A stretch of DNA of 64,000 nucleotides, from contig JAZKJG010000002.1 of the NCBI GenBank assembly GCA_040384445.1, positions 90,087 to 154,086 on the forward strand, written 5' to 3'. Source of the stretch: Patescibacteria group bacterium (GTDB lineage Bacteria; Patescibacteriota; Minisyncoccia; Phycocordibacterales; CAIZLB01). The notes beneath the pieces were generated by a model. It had not been told where the DNA came from and made no database searches. It saw only the letters and a list, made by a program, of their open reading frames with translations. The translations under genes and the position numbers were made by a program. Of the stretch, positions 9,121 through 19,421 are shown one piece after another; the stretch's first letter is position 1; each line of letters starts with the position of its first letter.

Positions 9121-10315
9121 TATACATGGATTGGAATTCTTGAAAGGAAAATTAGAAGGCAAAAAGGTTTTTTTAAGGGCGGACTTTAATGTCCCTATTC
9201 AAAATGGAAAGGTAATGGATGCATATCGAATAGATACAACAATGAAAACGTTTGCGTTTCTAAAACGAGAAGGTGCTATTACCGTTGTTGCATCTCACAT
9301 AGAAACTAAAGATGTAGAATCTCCTACTCTACAACCAGTTTTTGAATATATTACAGAAAAATATCCAGAATATGTAGTTACGTTTTGCTCAGATTTTTTG
9401 GATTCAACAAAGGTTACTGAGACTGTAGAAAACGCACAGTCTGGAGATTTTATATTATTTGAAAATATTCGAAACGCAAAAGAAAAAGAAAACGATGTAG
9501 ATTTTGCAGAATATCTAAAAAGTTTTGTTGAGTATTATGTAAATGATGCGTTTGCTGTTTCGCATAGGGCTCATACAACAGTTTCAAAATTACCAAGTCT
9601 ATTTGATGCTGATCATAAAGTTGCAGGATTACAGCTTCATACAGAAATTACATCTCTTGGAAACGCTCTGCATCCAGCAAAACCTTTTGTTGCAATATTA
9701 AGTGGTGCAAAGTTTGGAACAAAATTGCCGCTTATAGAAAAATATATTGAAACAGCAGATCTTGTACTGGTAGGAGGAGCGCTTTATAACAATGTTCTAA
9801 AATCTTTAGGATACGAAGTTGGTGTGTCACTTGTAGACAAAGAGGCAAACACTGTAGACACTCTTGTTACATCTGATTCATTTATAAAAAAAGTATGCAC
9901 TCCTCAGTATGTTGTTGTAAAAAATATAGAGACAGGAGTGATTAGAGAAAGTGAAATTAAAGATGTACAAATAACTGACACGATACAAGATATTGCAGGA
10001 AGAGGGGTGGAGGAATTTGTTGGAAAAATTAAGGAAATACAAGCAAAGACTATTCTATGGAATGGACCTGTTGGGAATTTTGAAGTAGCAGATTTTTCTA
10101 AGGGAACTATTAAATTGGGTCAAGAGTTAGTGGCATACAGTCAGTCTTCATCTGATGTATATATGATTCTGGGTGGAGGAGATACTGTTTCAGCTATACG
10201 AGATGTAGAAGGAATAAAGGATGCATCAAATATCTTTGTTTCAACTGGAGGAGGAGCGATGCTTGAGTTCTTGGAAAAAGATGGAAATATTCCAGGTGTA
10301 GTTAGTTTGTTGTAA
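9095..10315 (+). CDS. pgk: Phosphoglycerate kinase
   Basis: FLRADFNVP N-terminal motif. PGK-length (406 aa) with conserved C-terminal nucleotide-binding region. Adjacent to tpiA. Confidence 0.85.
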   Translation: MEQKKSLTSIHGLEFLKGKLEGKKVFLRADFNVPIQNGKVMDAYRIDTTMKTFAFLKREGAITVVASHIETKDVESPTLQPVFEYITEKYPEYVVTFCSDFLDSTKVTETVENAQSGDFILFENIRNAKEKENDVDFAEYLKSFVEYYVNDAFAVSHRAHTTVSKLPSLFDADHKVAGLQLHTEITSLGNALHPAKPFVAILSGAKFGTKLPLIEKYIETADLVLVGGALYNNVLKSLGYEVGVSLVDKEANTVDTLVTSDSFIKKVCTPQYVVVKNIETGVIRESEIKDVQITDTIQDIAGRGVEEFVGKIKEIQAKTILWNGPVGNFEVADFSKGTIKLGQELVAYSQSSSDVYMILGGGDTVSAIRDVEGIKDASNIFVSTGGGAMLEFLEKDGNIPGVVSLL

Positions 10316-10326
10316 GAAATTAAAAA

Positions 10327-10352
10327 ACCTCACGAGCTGTGAGGTTTTTTGT
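10327..10352. terminator. Bidirectional intrinsic terminator between convergent pgk and the DoxX gene
   Basis: A-tract, then CCTCACGAGC-t-GTGAGG hairpin, then T-tract. Confidence 0.65.
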
Positions 10353-10364
10353 TACTGTTAATAA

Positions 10365-10844
10365 TTATAGTGTAGGATTGTTTGTTGGTGCTGTAGGTTG
10401 CACAGGTGGAGGAGTCACACTTGGTGCAGCTTGTGCTACTGGAGCAGGTGTTGATGAGGTAAGATCTTTGACTGAGCATTCACAAGGCTTAATAGCGTAT
10501 TTTCCACTTCCTGTATACACAAGGATAAGTGAACCAGCAAGAAGTACTGAAGTTGAAATAACTTCAGTTGATCCTGCATATTTTGAAGTATAGTATACCG
10601 CTCCGGCCATGATGATAGCTGCGCCTGCAGCTGCGATCTGAGTGTATACTCCGAAAAGTATTCCTAGTCCTGCAAGAAGTTCACCTACAGATACTGCCCA
10701 TACTACTGCTGCAGAAGTGATTCCCATAGCGGTAAAGTACTCAGTAACCATTGGCATGTCCATAAGCTTCATTACACCAGAAAAGGCAAGCATACCCCCA
10801 ACGATGATTCGAAGTGCTAATAATATTATATGTTTTATTTTCAT
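10365..10844 (-). CDS. DoxX-family membrane protein with a Pro/Thr-rich C-terminal tail
   Basis: Four TM helices and DoxX-like RIIVGGMLAFSG. C-terminal PT-rich low-complexity tail. Confidence 0.6.
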   Translation of the reverse strand: MKIKHIILLALRIIVGGMLAFSGVMKLMDMPMVTEYFTAMGITSAAVVWAVSVGELLAGLGILFGVYTQIAAAGAAIIMAGAVYYTSKYAGSTEVISTSVLLAGSLILVYTGSGKYAIKPCECSVKDLTSSTPAPVAQAAPSVTPPPVQPTAPTNNPTL

Positions 10845-10851
10845 GGCTTTA

Positions 10852-11307
10852 TTATAGCTCTGCTTTCACTTTTTCCGCAATCTCCTGCATTTCATTTCCA
10901 ATATAAACTTCCTTCTTTTTATCAATATATCCTCCATCGTCGTTATATCGAGGAATAATATGGATATGACCATGCCAAATTATCTGTCCGGCTGCTGATT
11001 CATTGTTCATCACTATATTTACACCATCTGCATCCATGCTGTTCTTTACTGCTACGGCTAGTTTTTGAACAGTAATCATAACTCGAGCAGCTGTCTCTGC
11101 AGGAAAACTATAAATATTTTCATAATGCTCTTTAGGAACTACAAGAACGTGACCTTTGGCAGTTGGAAAACTATCCAAGAAGGCAAATGTATCATCATCC
11201 TCATAGACTTTTCCAGATGGAATATCTCCTCGAACTAGCTTACAAAAGATACAATCTTTCTTAATTGCGTCATAATCATGTACTTCTTTGTTGTCATTTT
11301 GTGTCAT
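10852..11307 (-). CDS. HIT-family (histidine triad) nucleotide hydrolase
   Basis: HGHIHIIPR histidine-triad motif. N-terminal CIFCKL zinc motif. Confidence 0.85.
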   Translation of the reverse strand: MTQNDNKEVHDYDAIKKDCIFCKLVRGDIPSGKVYEDDDTFAFLDSFPTAKGHVLVVPKEHYENIYSFPAETAARVMITVQKLAVAVKNSMDADGVNIVMNNESAAGQIIWHGHIHIIPRYNDDGGYIDKKKEVYIGNEMQEIAEKVKAEL

Positions 11308-11342
11308 ATTGCGAGTATACCATATGTGCTATCATTACCCAC

Positions 11343-13103
11343 ATGCATGATATCCATCTCAAGATTCTGAAAGATCGTGGTTTGACTCAAGGGGAAATTG
11401 AGGAGTTTTTACATCCAGAATATAGAGAAGATAAAGGAGGAATGTACGACGTGTCTAAGATGAAGGATATTGATAAAGCTACTGGTAGGATTTGGAAAGC
11501 GATTGAAAATGGTGAGAAAATCTGTGTGTATGCGGATTATGACGCAGACGGAGTTCCTGGGGCTACTGTGTTATATGAGTTTTTTAGGAAACTGAAGTAT
11601 GAGGAAAATGTAGTGGTTAAAATCCCTCATCGACATAGGGATGGGTTTGGATTGCATTCACATATTATAGATGAGGCAAAAGAGGAGGGGGTTACTTTAC
11701 TCATCACTATAGACTTAGGTATTTCAAATGTTAAAGAAGTAGTGCATGCAAACAAGCTGGGTATTGATGTGATTATCACTGACCACCATTTACCACATGA
11801 AGAAATTCCTGCAGCATACGCGATCTTAAATCCAAAACAAGCAGACTGTAAATATGTAGAAAAAATGCTTTGTGGTAGTGGTGTGATTTTTAAGCTCGTT
11901 CATAGACTGGCGGAGCAGGCTCGAACTCGCGGATACAAGATTCATGTTGGTTGGGAAAAGTGGTTACTTGATCTTGTTGGTCTTGCGACGATTTCTGACA
12001 TGGTTCCACTAACCGGTGAAAATAGAGTCTTTGCACATTTTGGTTTAAAGGTGCTTCAGAAAAATACCAGACTCGGTTTCGCAACTCTTTTATCGGAACT
12101 CAAGATCGATCCTAAAAATCTTCAAGAAGATGATATTGGATTTTCTATCAGTCCGTGTATTAATGCAGCTTCACGAATGTCACATGCATATGATGCGTTC
12201 ATGTTACTGACAAGTATTAACGGATCTGATGCTGGAACTCGTGGTAAACAACTTGTTTCATTGAATGTTGCTAGAAAGAGTAAAGCAAAGACATTAGTGA
12301 AAGATGCAGAGAAAAAAATCTCGAAGGAAGATGTAGAGAGTGGTATTTTGATTTTTGGTGACGAAACATGGTCCCCTACTTTACTGGGTCCTGTGTGTAG
12401 TAACATGGTCCGACAGTTTCAGCTTCCAGCATTTGCATATGCGTGTGAGGACGGAGATGTGTTTCGCGGATCATGTCGATCACTTCCTGGAGTGAGTGTT
12501 GTTGAAATCCTCACACTCATGCCAGAAGGTTTTTTTATAGAGTTTGGAGGTCATGCTGCATCAGGAGGTTTTGCGTTTGTGAAGGAGAATGAAACTATTT
12601 TCAAGGAGGAATTGCAAAAAGCATACATAGCATGGAAGGTGTCTGATGATTTAAAAAATGCTGATGTTGTAAAGCAACATGAAATACCGGCCTACACTAT
12701 TACTCACGATACGGTTGATGAAACACTTGTGCATAGTCTTTCTCAACTTAAACCGTTTGGTATGGGAAATGAAAAACCATACTTCTGTGTAACTGGAGTA
12801 AAACTAAAAAATGTAAAACTGTTTGGTAAAGAAAAAGAACATGCTGAGTTTATTGTTGAGAGTTATGTGAATACTTTGGGTGAAGCAAAAGATGCTACCC
12901 CTGACTTTTTACATGATGTATATAAGTACTCAACTTCACATAGAAAAGTTTCACCACTTAGATACATCTCATTTTTTACAGATAAACGGCTTATGGAGAT
13001 TGATACAAGTAAGACAGTGAGTTTATTTGGGTATGTTGAAGAGAGTTACTTCCTAGGTAAGCGAGAGATACGATTTCGAGTTGAAGATATTACTGTGAAT
13101 TAA
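11343..13103 (+). CDS. recJ: Single-stranded-DNA-specific exonuclease RecJ (DHH/DHHA1)
   Basis: DHH motifs (ADYDADGV, ITDHH) and a DHHA1-like GGH motif. Start set at the Met after the overlap with the upstream gene. Confidence 0.8.
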   Translation: MHDIHLKILKDRGLTQGEIEEFLHPEYREDKGGMYDVSKMKDIDKATGRIWKAIENGEKICVYADYDADGVPGATVLYEFFRKLKYEENVVVKIPHRHRDGFGLHSHIIDEAKEEGVTLLITIDLGISNVKEVVHANKLGIDVIITDHHLPHEEIPAAYAILNPKQADCKYVEKMLCGSGVIFKLVHRLAEQARTRGYKIHVGWEKWLLDLVGLATISDMVPLTGENRVFAHFGLKVLQKNTRLGFATLLSELKIDPKNLQEDDIGFSISPCINAASRMSHAYDAFMLLTSINGSDAGTRGKQLVSLNVARKSKAKTLVKDAEKKISKEDVESGILIFGDETWSPTLLGPVCSNMVRQFQLPAFAYACEDGDVFRGSCRSLPGVSVVEILTLMPEGFFIEFGGHAASGGFAFVKENETIFKEELQKAYIAWKVSDDLKNADVVKQHEIPAYTITHDTVDETLVHSLSQLKPFGMGNEKPYFCVTGVKLKNVKLFGKEKEHAEFIVESYVNTLGEAKDATPDFLHDVYKYSTSHRKVSPLRYISFFTDKRLMEIDTSKTVSLFGYVEESYFLGKREIRFRVEDITVN

Positions 13104-13118
13104 TGTATAATAGCTTTC

Positions 13119-13646
13119 ATGTTTCATACAGATACCATAACTATATATACAGACGGATCATCACGAGGTAATCCTGGACGAGGTGGCTGGGCATCAATAA
13201 TTGTCTTTGGTGATTTACATCAGATTGAACTTGGAGGAAAAGAGTCACATACAACAAATAACAAAATGGAGCTCGAAGGTGTTACACAGGGTTTGAAGGC
13301 TGTACTCACGCATAAGATTGGAGCGTTTAAAAAAGTACATGTTAACTCAGATTCAAAATATGTCCTACAGGGTATCCAAACTTGGATTCACGGATGGAAG
13401 AAAAATAATTGGAAGACTGCATCGAAGTCTCCTGTGTTGAATCAAGAGTTGTGGCAAGAGTTGGATTCCGTTCGAGAACAAGTTTCACAATCTGGCTACG
13501 AGATTGAGTGGTCATATGTTAAAGGACATAGTGATAATGTATGGAATGAACATGCTGATGTGATTGCGACGACGTGTGCGGATAGTGAGGAGATGTTGGA
13601 TAAGGCGGTGAAAGTTTTTTATGAGGGAGTTGTTACACGGAAATAG
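13119..13646 (+). CDS. rnhA: Ribonuclease HI
   Basis: IYTDGSSRGNPGRGGWA, MELEGV, SDSKYV and HADVIAT motifs (DEDD catalytic residues). Confidence 0.85.
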   Translation: MFHTDTITIYTDGSSRGNPGRGGWASIIVFGDLHQIELGGKESHTTNNKMELEGVTQGLKAVLTHKIGAFKKVHVNSDSKYVLQGIQTWIHGWKKNNWKTASKSPVLNQELWQELDSVREQVSQSGYEIEWSYVKGHSDNVWNEHADVIATTCADSEEMLDKAVKVFYEGVVTRK

Positions 13647-13719
13647 TTTATACTTTCTTTATGAAAGTACGAGTGCTTTCTTTAACAGAAATTGAACATC
13701 GTCTTGCTACCCTAATCCG

Positions 13720-15075
13720 ATGTACAGACGATTTTTATTTTGCATATGTTTCATCGGTGCCGTGTACTTTGTAATTGTGGCTCAAGCGGAATATGTGAAA
13801 AAAATAGAAGGGTTGATAGAGGTTAAAAATGCTACTGCCACTTTGACAATTGATAGTGATGTTACACGAAGTGAGATTAAGTTTGTGTTCATGGCACATG
13901 ATGTTAAAAACGATGAACGGTATAAAGTTACTTCTCCTTCAAACCTTGATCTGAAGTTTGGTGATTGTATACAGGTTGTTGGAAATGTTTCAATTCCAAA
14001 AAAGAAAGTTTCTGGAGATGATGGACCTCTGTATAATTTTCCGTATCGAGAATACTTGGCTAAAGATAATGTGTATCTTTTGATGACCGTAAAAAAGATG
14101 GAGCATGTTTCATTGTGTAACCCTTTATCTTGGTATGATGAATTGAAATTATATTTTATTTTACAAAAAGATAAACTGACACAAATATTTTTGAATGAGT
14201 ATGAACAACCATATGCTGGGCTTGTTGCAGGAGTGTTGGTTGCAGGAAAAGGATTGCTTGATAAAGAATCTTTGGAGTTATTTAAAATGACGAGCTTGAG
14301 TCATGTGGTGGTTTTGTCTGGATCAAACGTTTCACTTATTTTAGTCTGCATAAAGATGCTTGTTGATAAATTATTTTTCTGGAGAAAAGAAAAAGGTGTT
14401 GTGATTAAGGTAGTGCAAAAAATAATTGTTCTAATTGTAGTGTGGGCATTTGTATTACTGACTGGTGGGGGTGCTCCAATTTATCGAGCTGTAGTAAGTG
14501 CATATTGTGGACTTATATTGTTTCAAGAAAAAACTTCTCAAGTGTATGCGTTGTTTGTTGTGATTTTTATCATGACGATAATAAGTCCATTTCAAACGTT
14601 GCATGATCCTTCTTTTCATCTGACATGTGCGGCAACGTTTGGACTTATACTTTGTACAAAACCAATTGATGAGTGGATGAGATTATCTCGGTTACGATTT
14701 ATACCTAGTTGGTTGCGTGAGATTGCTTCTGCAACCTTGGCGACACAGGTTTTTGTATTTCCATATATTGTGTACATGACCGCATCTTTTTCGTCAGTGT
14801 TTCTTTTGAGTAATGTGTTGGTGTTGCCTGTAATCCCTATAATTATGCTTTTGGGATTTTTAACTCTTTGCAGTGATTTGTTTGGTGTGGAGTGGTTGTT
14901 GAAGTTGGTGGTGTTTGTAAATAATCTTTTACTTCACTTTGTGTTTTGGATTGTTGGGGTGTTGGCAGATGTTCCTCATGCCTATGTAGAACTTTCGAAA
15001 AGTGAAAGTATATGGATTTTGGTAGGGTATTGTATTGTTGCTTTTTTAATATACATGTGGCATCTTAGGGATTAA
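13720..15075 (+). CDS. comEC: ComEC/Rec2-like DNA-uptake channel, N-terminal parts only (DUF4131 + competence TM domain); no beta-lactamase domain in this ORF
   Basis: Polytopic membrane protein with the ComEC signature region LSHVVVLSGSNVSL. ORF ends before the MBL domain. Confidence 0.7.
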   Translation: MYRRFLFCICFIGAVYFVIVAQAEYVKKIEGLIEVKNATATLTIDSDVTRSEIKFVFMAHDVKNDERYKVTSPSNLDLKFGDCIQVVGNVSIPKKKVSGDDGPLYNFPYREYLAKDNVYLLMTVKKMEHVSLCNPLSWYDELKLYFILQKDKLTQIFLNEYEQPYAGLVAGVLVAGKGLLDKESLELFKMTSLSHVVVLSGSNVSLILVCIKMLVDKLFFWRKEKGVVIKVVQKIIVLIVVWAFVLLTGGGAPIYRAVVSAYCGLILFQEKTSQVYALFVVIFIMTIISPFQTLHDPSFHLTCAATFGLILCTKPIDEWMRLSRLRFIPSWLREIASATLATQVFVFPYIVYMTASFSSVFLLSNVLVLPVIPIIMLLGFLTLCSDLFGVEWLLKLVVFVNNLLLHFVFWIVGVLADVPHAYVELSKSESIWILVGYCIVAFLIYMWHLRD

Positions 15076-15082
15076 GTGTTCT

Positions 15083-15862
15083 TTGAAATCACTTCCTCAC
15101 AAACAAACAACAGGCCCGCTTTTGGTATCGATGAGTGTCGACGCCTTAGGTGAGCTGCAACTAAAAAAAATTATGAGCAATATGCCCGTAACAGAAAAAC
15201 TCGCAACTGACAGTCAAGGAAGGTGCTTTATCAAAATAGTAAGGGAAAAAAAGATCTCTCGTGCAGTTCTACAGAAAGCATTGAATAATGGATCTATAGC
15301 ACGTTATCTAGATTCGCTTATTGCTGATGAAAAGAGTAGTTATAATCCGTTGAGTGATAAGCATATCCGAAGACTTACAACCTTGGCAAAACAAGAAGGT
15401 GCGCGCATACTTGTTCTTCGTCGAGTTCCTGTTACACAAGATCTTGATTGGCAGGATGCAATTAATCTTGTAGGATCAGATACTCCGCACGACAGTCCAA
15501 TCCGAATGGTTAAGGTTAGTGCACTATTTCCCCCTGCTTCTCATTGTGAAGATTTAATTGACATTGTCCTTTTGAACTATCCGAATGGTGATGGTGATTG
15601 GGATAAAGCATTGGCATGGGCAGACAAAGCCTCGATGAATATTACTAACCCTCGGGAAGTTTTTGCTATCGGGACACACCGTCCAAGTCTACATGTATTC
15701 CTTGGTCAGGATCAGATTCATGTGGTTGCTTCGACGGAAGCAACTTGCTTTGATCAACGGTTCATTCCAAGTATTTGGAGTGATGACTTAAGGAGCGGAG
15801 CTTCTGTGATCTACCCCTGCGATTGCAAATCACCTAGCATTTGGCATGCCTTCCGTCAGTAA
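15083..15862 (+). CDS. Hypothetical protein, locally higher GC than neighbours
   Basis: 259-aa ORF with no recognisable motif. Followed by a terminator hairpin. Confidence 0.45.
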   Translation: MKSLPHKQTTGPLLVSMSVDALGELQLKKIMSNMPVTEKLATDSQGRCFIKIVREKKISRAVLQKALNNGSIARYLDSLIADEKSSYNPLSDKHIRRLTTLAKQEGARILVLRRVPVTQDLDWQDAINLVGSDTPHDSPIRMVKVSALFPPASHCEDLIDIVLLNYPNGDGDWDKALAWADKASMNITNPREVFAIGTHRPSLHVFLGQDQIHVVASTEATCFDQRFIPSIWSDDLRSGASVIYPCDCKSPSIWHAFRQ

Positions 15863-15865
15863 CTC

Positions 15866-15900
15866 ATCAGCCCGGTCCCATGAAAGTGGAGACTGGGCTT
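15866..15900 (+). terminator. Rho-independent terminator
   Basis: AGCCCGGTC...GACTGGGCT hairpin followed by TTTTTTC. Confidence 0.55.
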
Positions 15901-15905
15901 TTTTC

Positions 15906-16481
15906 TTATTGAAATCTCTCCTCAACAACCTCAAAATTAACATTCCCAAAAAATGCCTCAACGTAACTCTTCTTCTCAGAAGGTGGAACGTCGAGCATGT
16001 ATGAGTGTTCCCACATATCTAGTGCAAGAATAGGGTTAAGTCCTGTCAGGTGTCCATCATGCTGCTCTCCAACCCATGCATTCAGTAGATTGCCTGTAAC
16101 TGTATCTTGGTACAAAAACGCCCATCCAATTCCACGTGTCATGGCAAGAGTTTTAAACTCTGCTTCCCATGCTTCATGAGATCCCCACTGATCTTGGATT
16201 TTTTTACATAGACCAGAATCCGGGTTCATCTCTTTCGCTCCACCTTCAAACTGTTCAAAGTAATACTCATGGTTTCGAATTCCTCCAAACTCAAATCCAA
16301 ATCGTCGTCGGAGTTCTCCGATAACATATATATCTGTTGTAGCAGCAATAGTATCTAAGATAAGGTTTGCATGCTTCACATACCCAGCATATAGTTTTAA
16401 ATGCTCAGAAACTGTTTGTTCTGATATTCCTGTAAGAGCAGGTAATGTAAATGTTTTTTCTGTAAATTTGTTATAATTCAT
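15906..16481 (-). CDS. sod: Fe/Mn superoxide dismutase
   Basis: C-terminal DMWEHSYMLD metal-binding motif and N-terminal helical hairpin His residues. Length 191 aa. Confidence 0.8.
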   Translation of the reverse strand: MNYNKFTEKTFTLPALTGISEQTVSEHLKLYAGYVKHANLILDTIAATTDIYVIGELRRRFGFEFGGIRNHEYYFEQFEGGAKEMNPDSGLCKKIQDQWGSHEAWEAEFKTLAMTRGIGWAFLYQDTVTGNLLNAWVGEQHDGHLTGLNPILALDMWEHSYMLDVPPSEKKSYVEAFFGNVNFEVVEERFQ

Positions 16482-16535
16482 TTCTTTATATTTTGTTAGG
16501 TTTTATTTTATCCGATATATGCTTATATTATATAT

Positions 16536-17423
16536 GTGATCTCACGTATATTCTATAGATATAATTTTTTATATATTGCCCTGTGTTTTGTATTTCTCAT
16601 ACAGCTCCAGATCATATATATGCTTCAGCAGTCTAAGGGTTGTAGAAACCCAGAAGCGCTTGTTGCCTTTTTAAATGTAGGACAAGGTGATGCTACGTAT
16701 ATTCAAGATACCACAGGTAAGAGCATTCTTATTGATACTGGACCAAAGGATAGCCAAGTTGTGACAAGAATACAAGAGGTGACGGGGTGTAACAAAGTGA
16801 GTATTGATTCACTTGTCCTAACTCATCCTGATTCAGATCATATTGGTGAAGCTGAAAAGATGATTACAAAAGGGCTCGTTAAACAGGTTGTTCATAATGG
16901 GTTTATGGATATGGATCAGCCAGATGAATCGCCTACAGAAAATAGACTAGAAACTACAACAATCCCACGAAGAACAGTTTTGGCAGGAGACATATTATCT
17001 TTAGAAAACATTCAGTTACAAGTTATATATCCCATGGAAGAACCATATCTAACTAAGCCAAAGAAAGGGGAAGTGGATGATAATATATATTCATTATCTA
17101 TGAAAATTACCAGTGGAGAGCATTCATTTATTGTAACTGGTGATGCATATGTGCTTGAGGAAAAGAAAATGATTGCTCGATATAAAGAAATGTTAGATGT
17201 AGATGTGTTAAAGCTCGGACATCACGGTTCAAAGACTTCCACATCACAAGAATTTTTGACTGTGACATCTCCTGATGAGGTTGTGATCTCTGCAGGGAAG
17301 GATAATTCGTATAAACATCCGAGTGAAGTTGTGTTGAGCAGAGTATATACCCAGCAACGTAAAAAGCCTCTCCAGATAAGAGAGACTTTTACAGAGGGGA
17401 ATGTGGTTTATTTGTTAGAGTAA
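16536..17423 (+). CDS. Metallo-beta-lactamase-fold protein of the ComEC C-terminal type
   Basis: FLNVGQGDATYI, LVLTHPDSDHIG and KLGHHGSKTS motifs typical of the ComEC MBL domain. The true start may be the internal Met at ~16620. Confidence 0.7.
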   Translation: MISRIFYRYNFLYIALCFVFLIQLQIIYMLQQSKGCRNPEALVAFLNVGQGDATYIQDTTGKSILIDTGPKDSQVVTRIQEVTGCNKVSIDSLVLTHPDSDHIGEAEKMITKGLVKQVVHNGFMDMDQPDESPTENRLETTTIPRRTVLAGDILSLENIQLQVIYPMEEPYLTKPKKGEVDDNIYSLSMKITSGEHSFIVTGDAYVLEEKKMIARYKEMLDVDVLKLGHHGSKTSTSQEFLTVTSPDEVVISAGKDNSYKHPSEVVLSRVYTQQRKKPLQIRETFTEGNVVYLLE

Positions 17424-18007
17424 AAAATTTTCCTAATCCAAACTCCAGCAAGTACTGTTAACGCTCCGAGAGTGTCTGAAAGTATATCTTTCTGAGCATC
17501 CCAAATATCTCCTTGACTTCCAAGTACTGAGTTACCTGCAGCAGGGTCTGACATAACTGCGAATTGCCATTCAAATAGTTCATAAATTCCTGCAATAGAA
17601 ATAATTACGCAGAGTGCAAATATTCCTGCAGCTAGTGCAGATGATGTAATATTTCTACTTCTTAGATACTGATATATTGGTAGTGCATAAAATCCGACAG
17701 AAAAGTGTGCGACCCTGTCATACATATTTCTTTCAAATCCAAACAAGTCATTAAACCAAGCAAATGGAACTCGTTCAAATGTATAATGTGCACCTATTGT
17801 ATGCATAAAAATGAACACACTCATGAGTATATATGCAGTGTTAGAAAACCGAATCCCTTTAACATACATAATAATTATAGGAATTAAAACAACCCATACG
17901 GTTGCGCTTTCGACAAACCATACTGCTCTGTCATATGGATTAAACGAACCTATAACAAATAGTACTGTCCAGAGTGAGAGTAATATGTGGGGGATATATT
18001 TTTTCAT
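17408..18007 (-). CDS. Membrane protein of the DUF2238 (YjdF-like) family
   Basis: Multi-TM protein with the motif HYTFERVPFAW...YDRVAHF. Confidence 0.45.
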   Translation of the reverse strand: MKKYIPHILLSLWTVLFVIGSFNPYDRAVWFVESATVWVVLIPIIIMYVKGIRFSNTAYILMSVFIFMHTIGAHYTFERVPFAWFNDLFGFERNMYDRVAHFSVGFYALPIYQYLRSRNITSSALAAGIFALCVIISIAGIYELFEWQFAVMSDPAAGNSVLGSQGDIWDAQKDILSDTLGALTVLAGVWIRKIFYSNK

Positions 18008-18075
18008 ATAGTAAGTATACGATAGATATAAAATAAAAACTCCCTTAATTCTAATTGTGATATGATTAACCTATC

Positions 18076-19368
18076 ATGAAAAATACACAAAATGGTTCTG
18101 CTGTAGTTATTGCATTACTAATTGTACTTTTACTTTCAGCAGCAGGAGGAGGTTATGTATATATGGAAAATAAAAAGCTTCAACCATCTTATGAGGCTCA
18201 GCAAAGTGTTAATCAATCTGCTGAAAAGAAAACTGTTGTTGCTAATGATTTTAATTCTTGTATGTCTCAAGCAAAAGATGCTTCATTTAGTTTTACAATT
18301 TCATTTATGCATGGTTCAGACTTTAGTCAAGTACAGGAGTTTGCAAAAGATTTTAAAACTAAGTTTTCTAGAGCTGAACTTGAAATTGAGTCAGAACAAC
18401 AGTATGTAGCCTCTGCATTAGCAAGATATCAAGGTGAATTGCAGACAGTTCAGGATATGGGAGAATATAAGAAGAATCTTACAGAAAATGCTCGAGCAAA
18501 AATAGATATTAATGTTCCAGCGAAAGATCTTGGAACTCTCACTGCTTACAATAACTTTGTAGAAGCAACACTTGCAAAATATCCAAATGCAAAGTTTGAG
18601 CAATACTCTGGGTCTGTGCCAAATAACTTCTTAGAAAAAGGGTATATTGATAAATATATTTCAATGATGGAACAAAGTTGTGATTATAGATTTAATAAAA
18701 TGACAGCTAAAGAAAAAGATGAAGAAGAAATGGTTAAGCTAGAGATTGCACTTAGAAGTTCTGAAATTTCAGTACGAGAATATTATCAAAATAATGGGTT
18801 TTACGGTAAGGGAGGCTTGTCTAGAAACAATGGGTTTTGTTCAGATACAGGTACACACGGTTTAAAAACATTTCTTGAAGATATGAAAAAGTTTACAGGA
18901 GATTTGTATTGTTATGCATCAGAAACTGAGTATGCAATTTCAGTTCCCATCAAGCTTGGCTCTCAAATCGGTTACTGCGTTGATAGTACAGGGTTTAATG
19001 GAACAACATCTTCACCGCAAGCAGCAAGTAAAGGTTATTGCGTAGCTAAGCAAGTGGCAAATCAAAACATTAGCAAATGTCAAAACGCAGATGGAAATAC
19101 TCCAAGAGATAGATGGATTTGTGTAGGTAATTTGATTGATCCATTTCCTTCAAAAATATATACAATTGTCTCTCCTTTTGCGACACCTGTAAGTCAAAAG
19201 GTATCTTTCTGTAAAAAATTCTCTGGAGTTGAAAAAGATTATTGTTTATCCTCTATTACATTCTCACAAAATACTGGTGATGGAGGGCCAACAGAAAAAG
19301 AAATATGTGCCATGGTGTCTAATACAAACAAATGGTTTAAAGATGATTGCGGAAAAGATCCTTACTAA
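18076..19368 (+). CDS. Secreted or membrane-anchored Cys-rich hypothetical protein
   Basis: N-terminal signal/TM segment. Many Cys residues in the C-terminal half. Confidence 0.5.
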   Translation: MKNTQNGSAVVIALLIVLLLSAAGGGYVYMENKKLQPSYEAQQSVNQSAEKKTVVANDFNSCMSQAKDASFSFTISFMHGSDFSQVQEFAKDFKTKFSRAELEIESEQQYVASALARYQGELQTVQDMGEYKKNLTENARAKIDINVPAKDLGTLTAYNNFVEATLAKYPNAKFEQYSGSVPNNFLEKGYIDKYISMMEQSCDYRFNKMTAKEKDEEEMVKLEIALRSSEISVREYYQNNGFYGKGGLSRNNGFCSDTGTHGLKTFLEDMKKFTGDLYCYASETEYAISVPIKLGSQIGYCVDSTGFNGTTSSPQAASKGYCVAKQVANQNISKCQNADGNTPRDRWICVGNLIDPFPSKIYTIVSPFATPVSQKVSFCKKFSGVEKDYCLSSITFSQNTGDGGPTEKEICAMVSNTNKWFKDDCGKDPY

Positions 19369-19378
19369 AAATATAAAA

Positions 19379-19407
19379 AACCTCTCAGGAAATTGAGAGG
19401 TTTTTTA
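19379..19407. terminator. Bidirectional intrinsic terminator
   Basis: A-tract, then CCTCTCA-ggaaat-TGAGAGG hairpin, then T-tract, between convergent genes. Confidence 0.65.
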
Positions 19408-19421
19408 TATGTATTTAAACT

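Noticed and set aside
10339-10593. 84-aa plus-strand ORF
   Set aside because: Antisense overlap with the DoxX membrane protein gene, which has a consistent hydrophobic profile on the minus strand.
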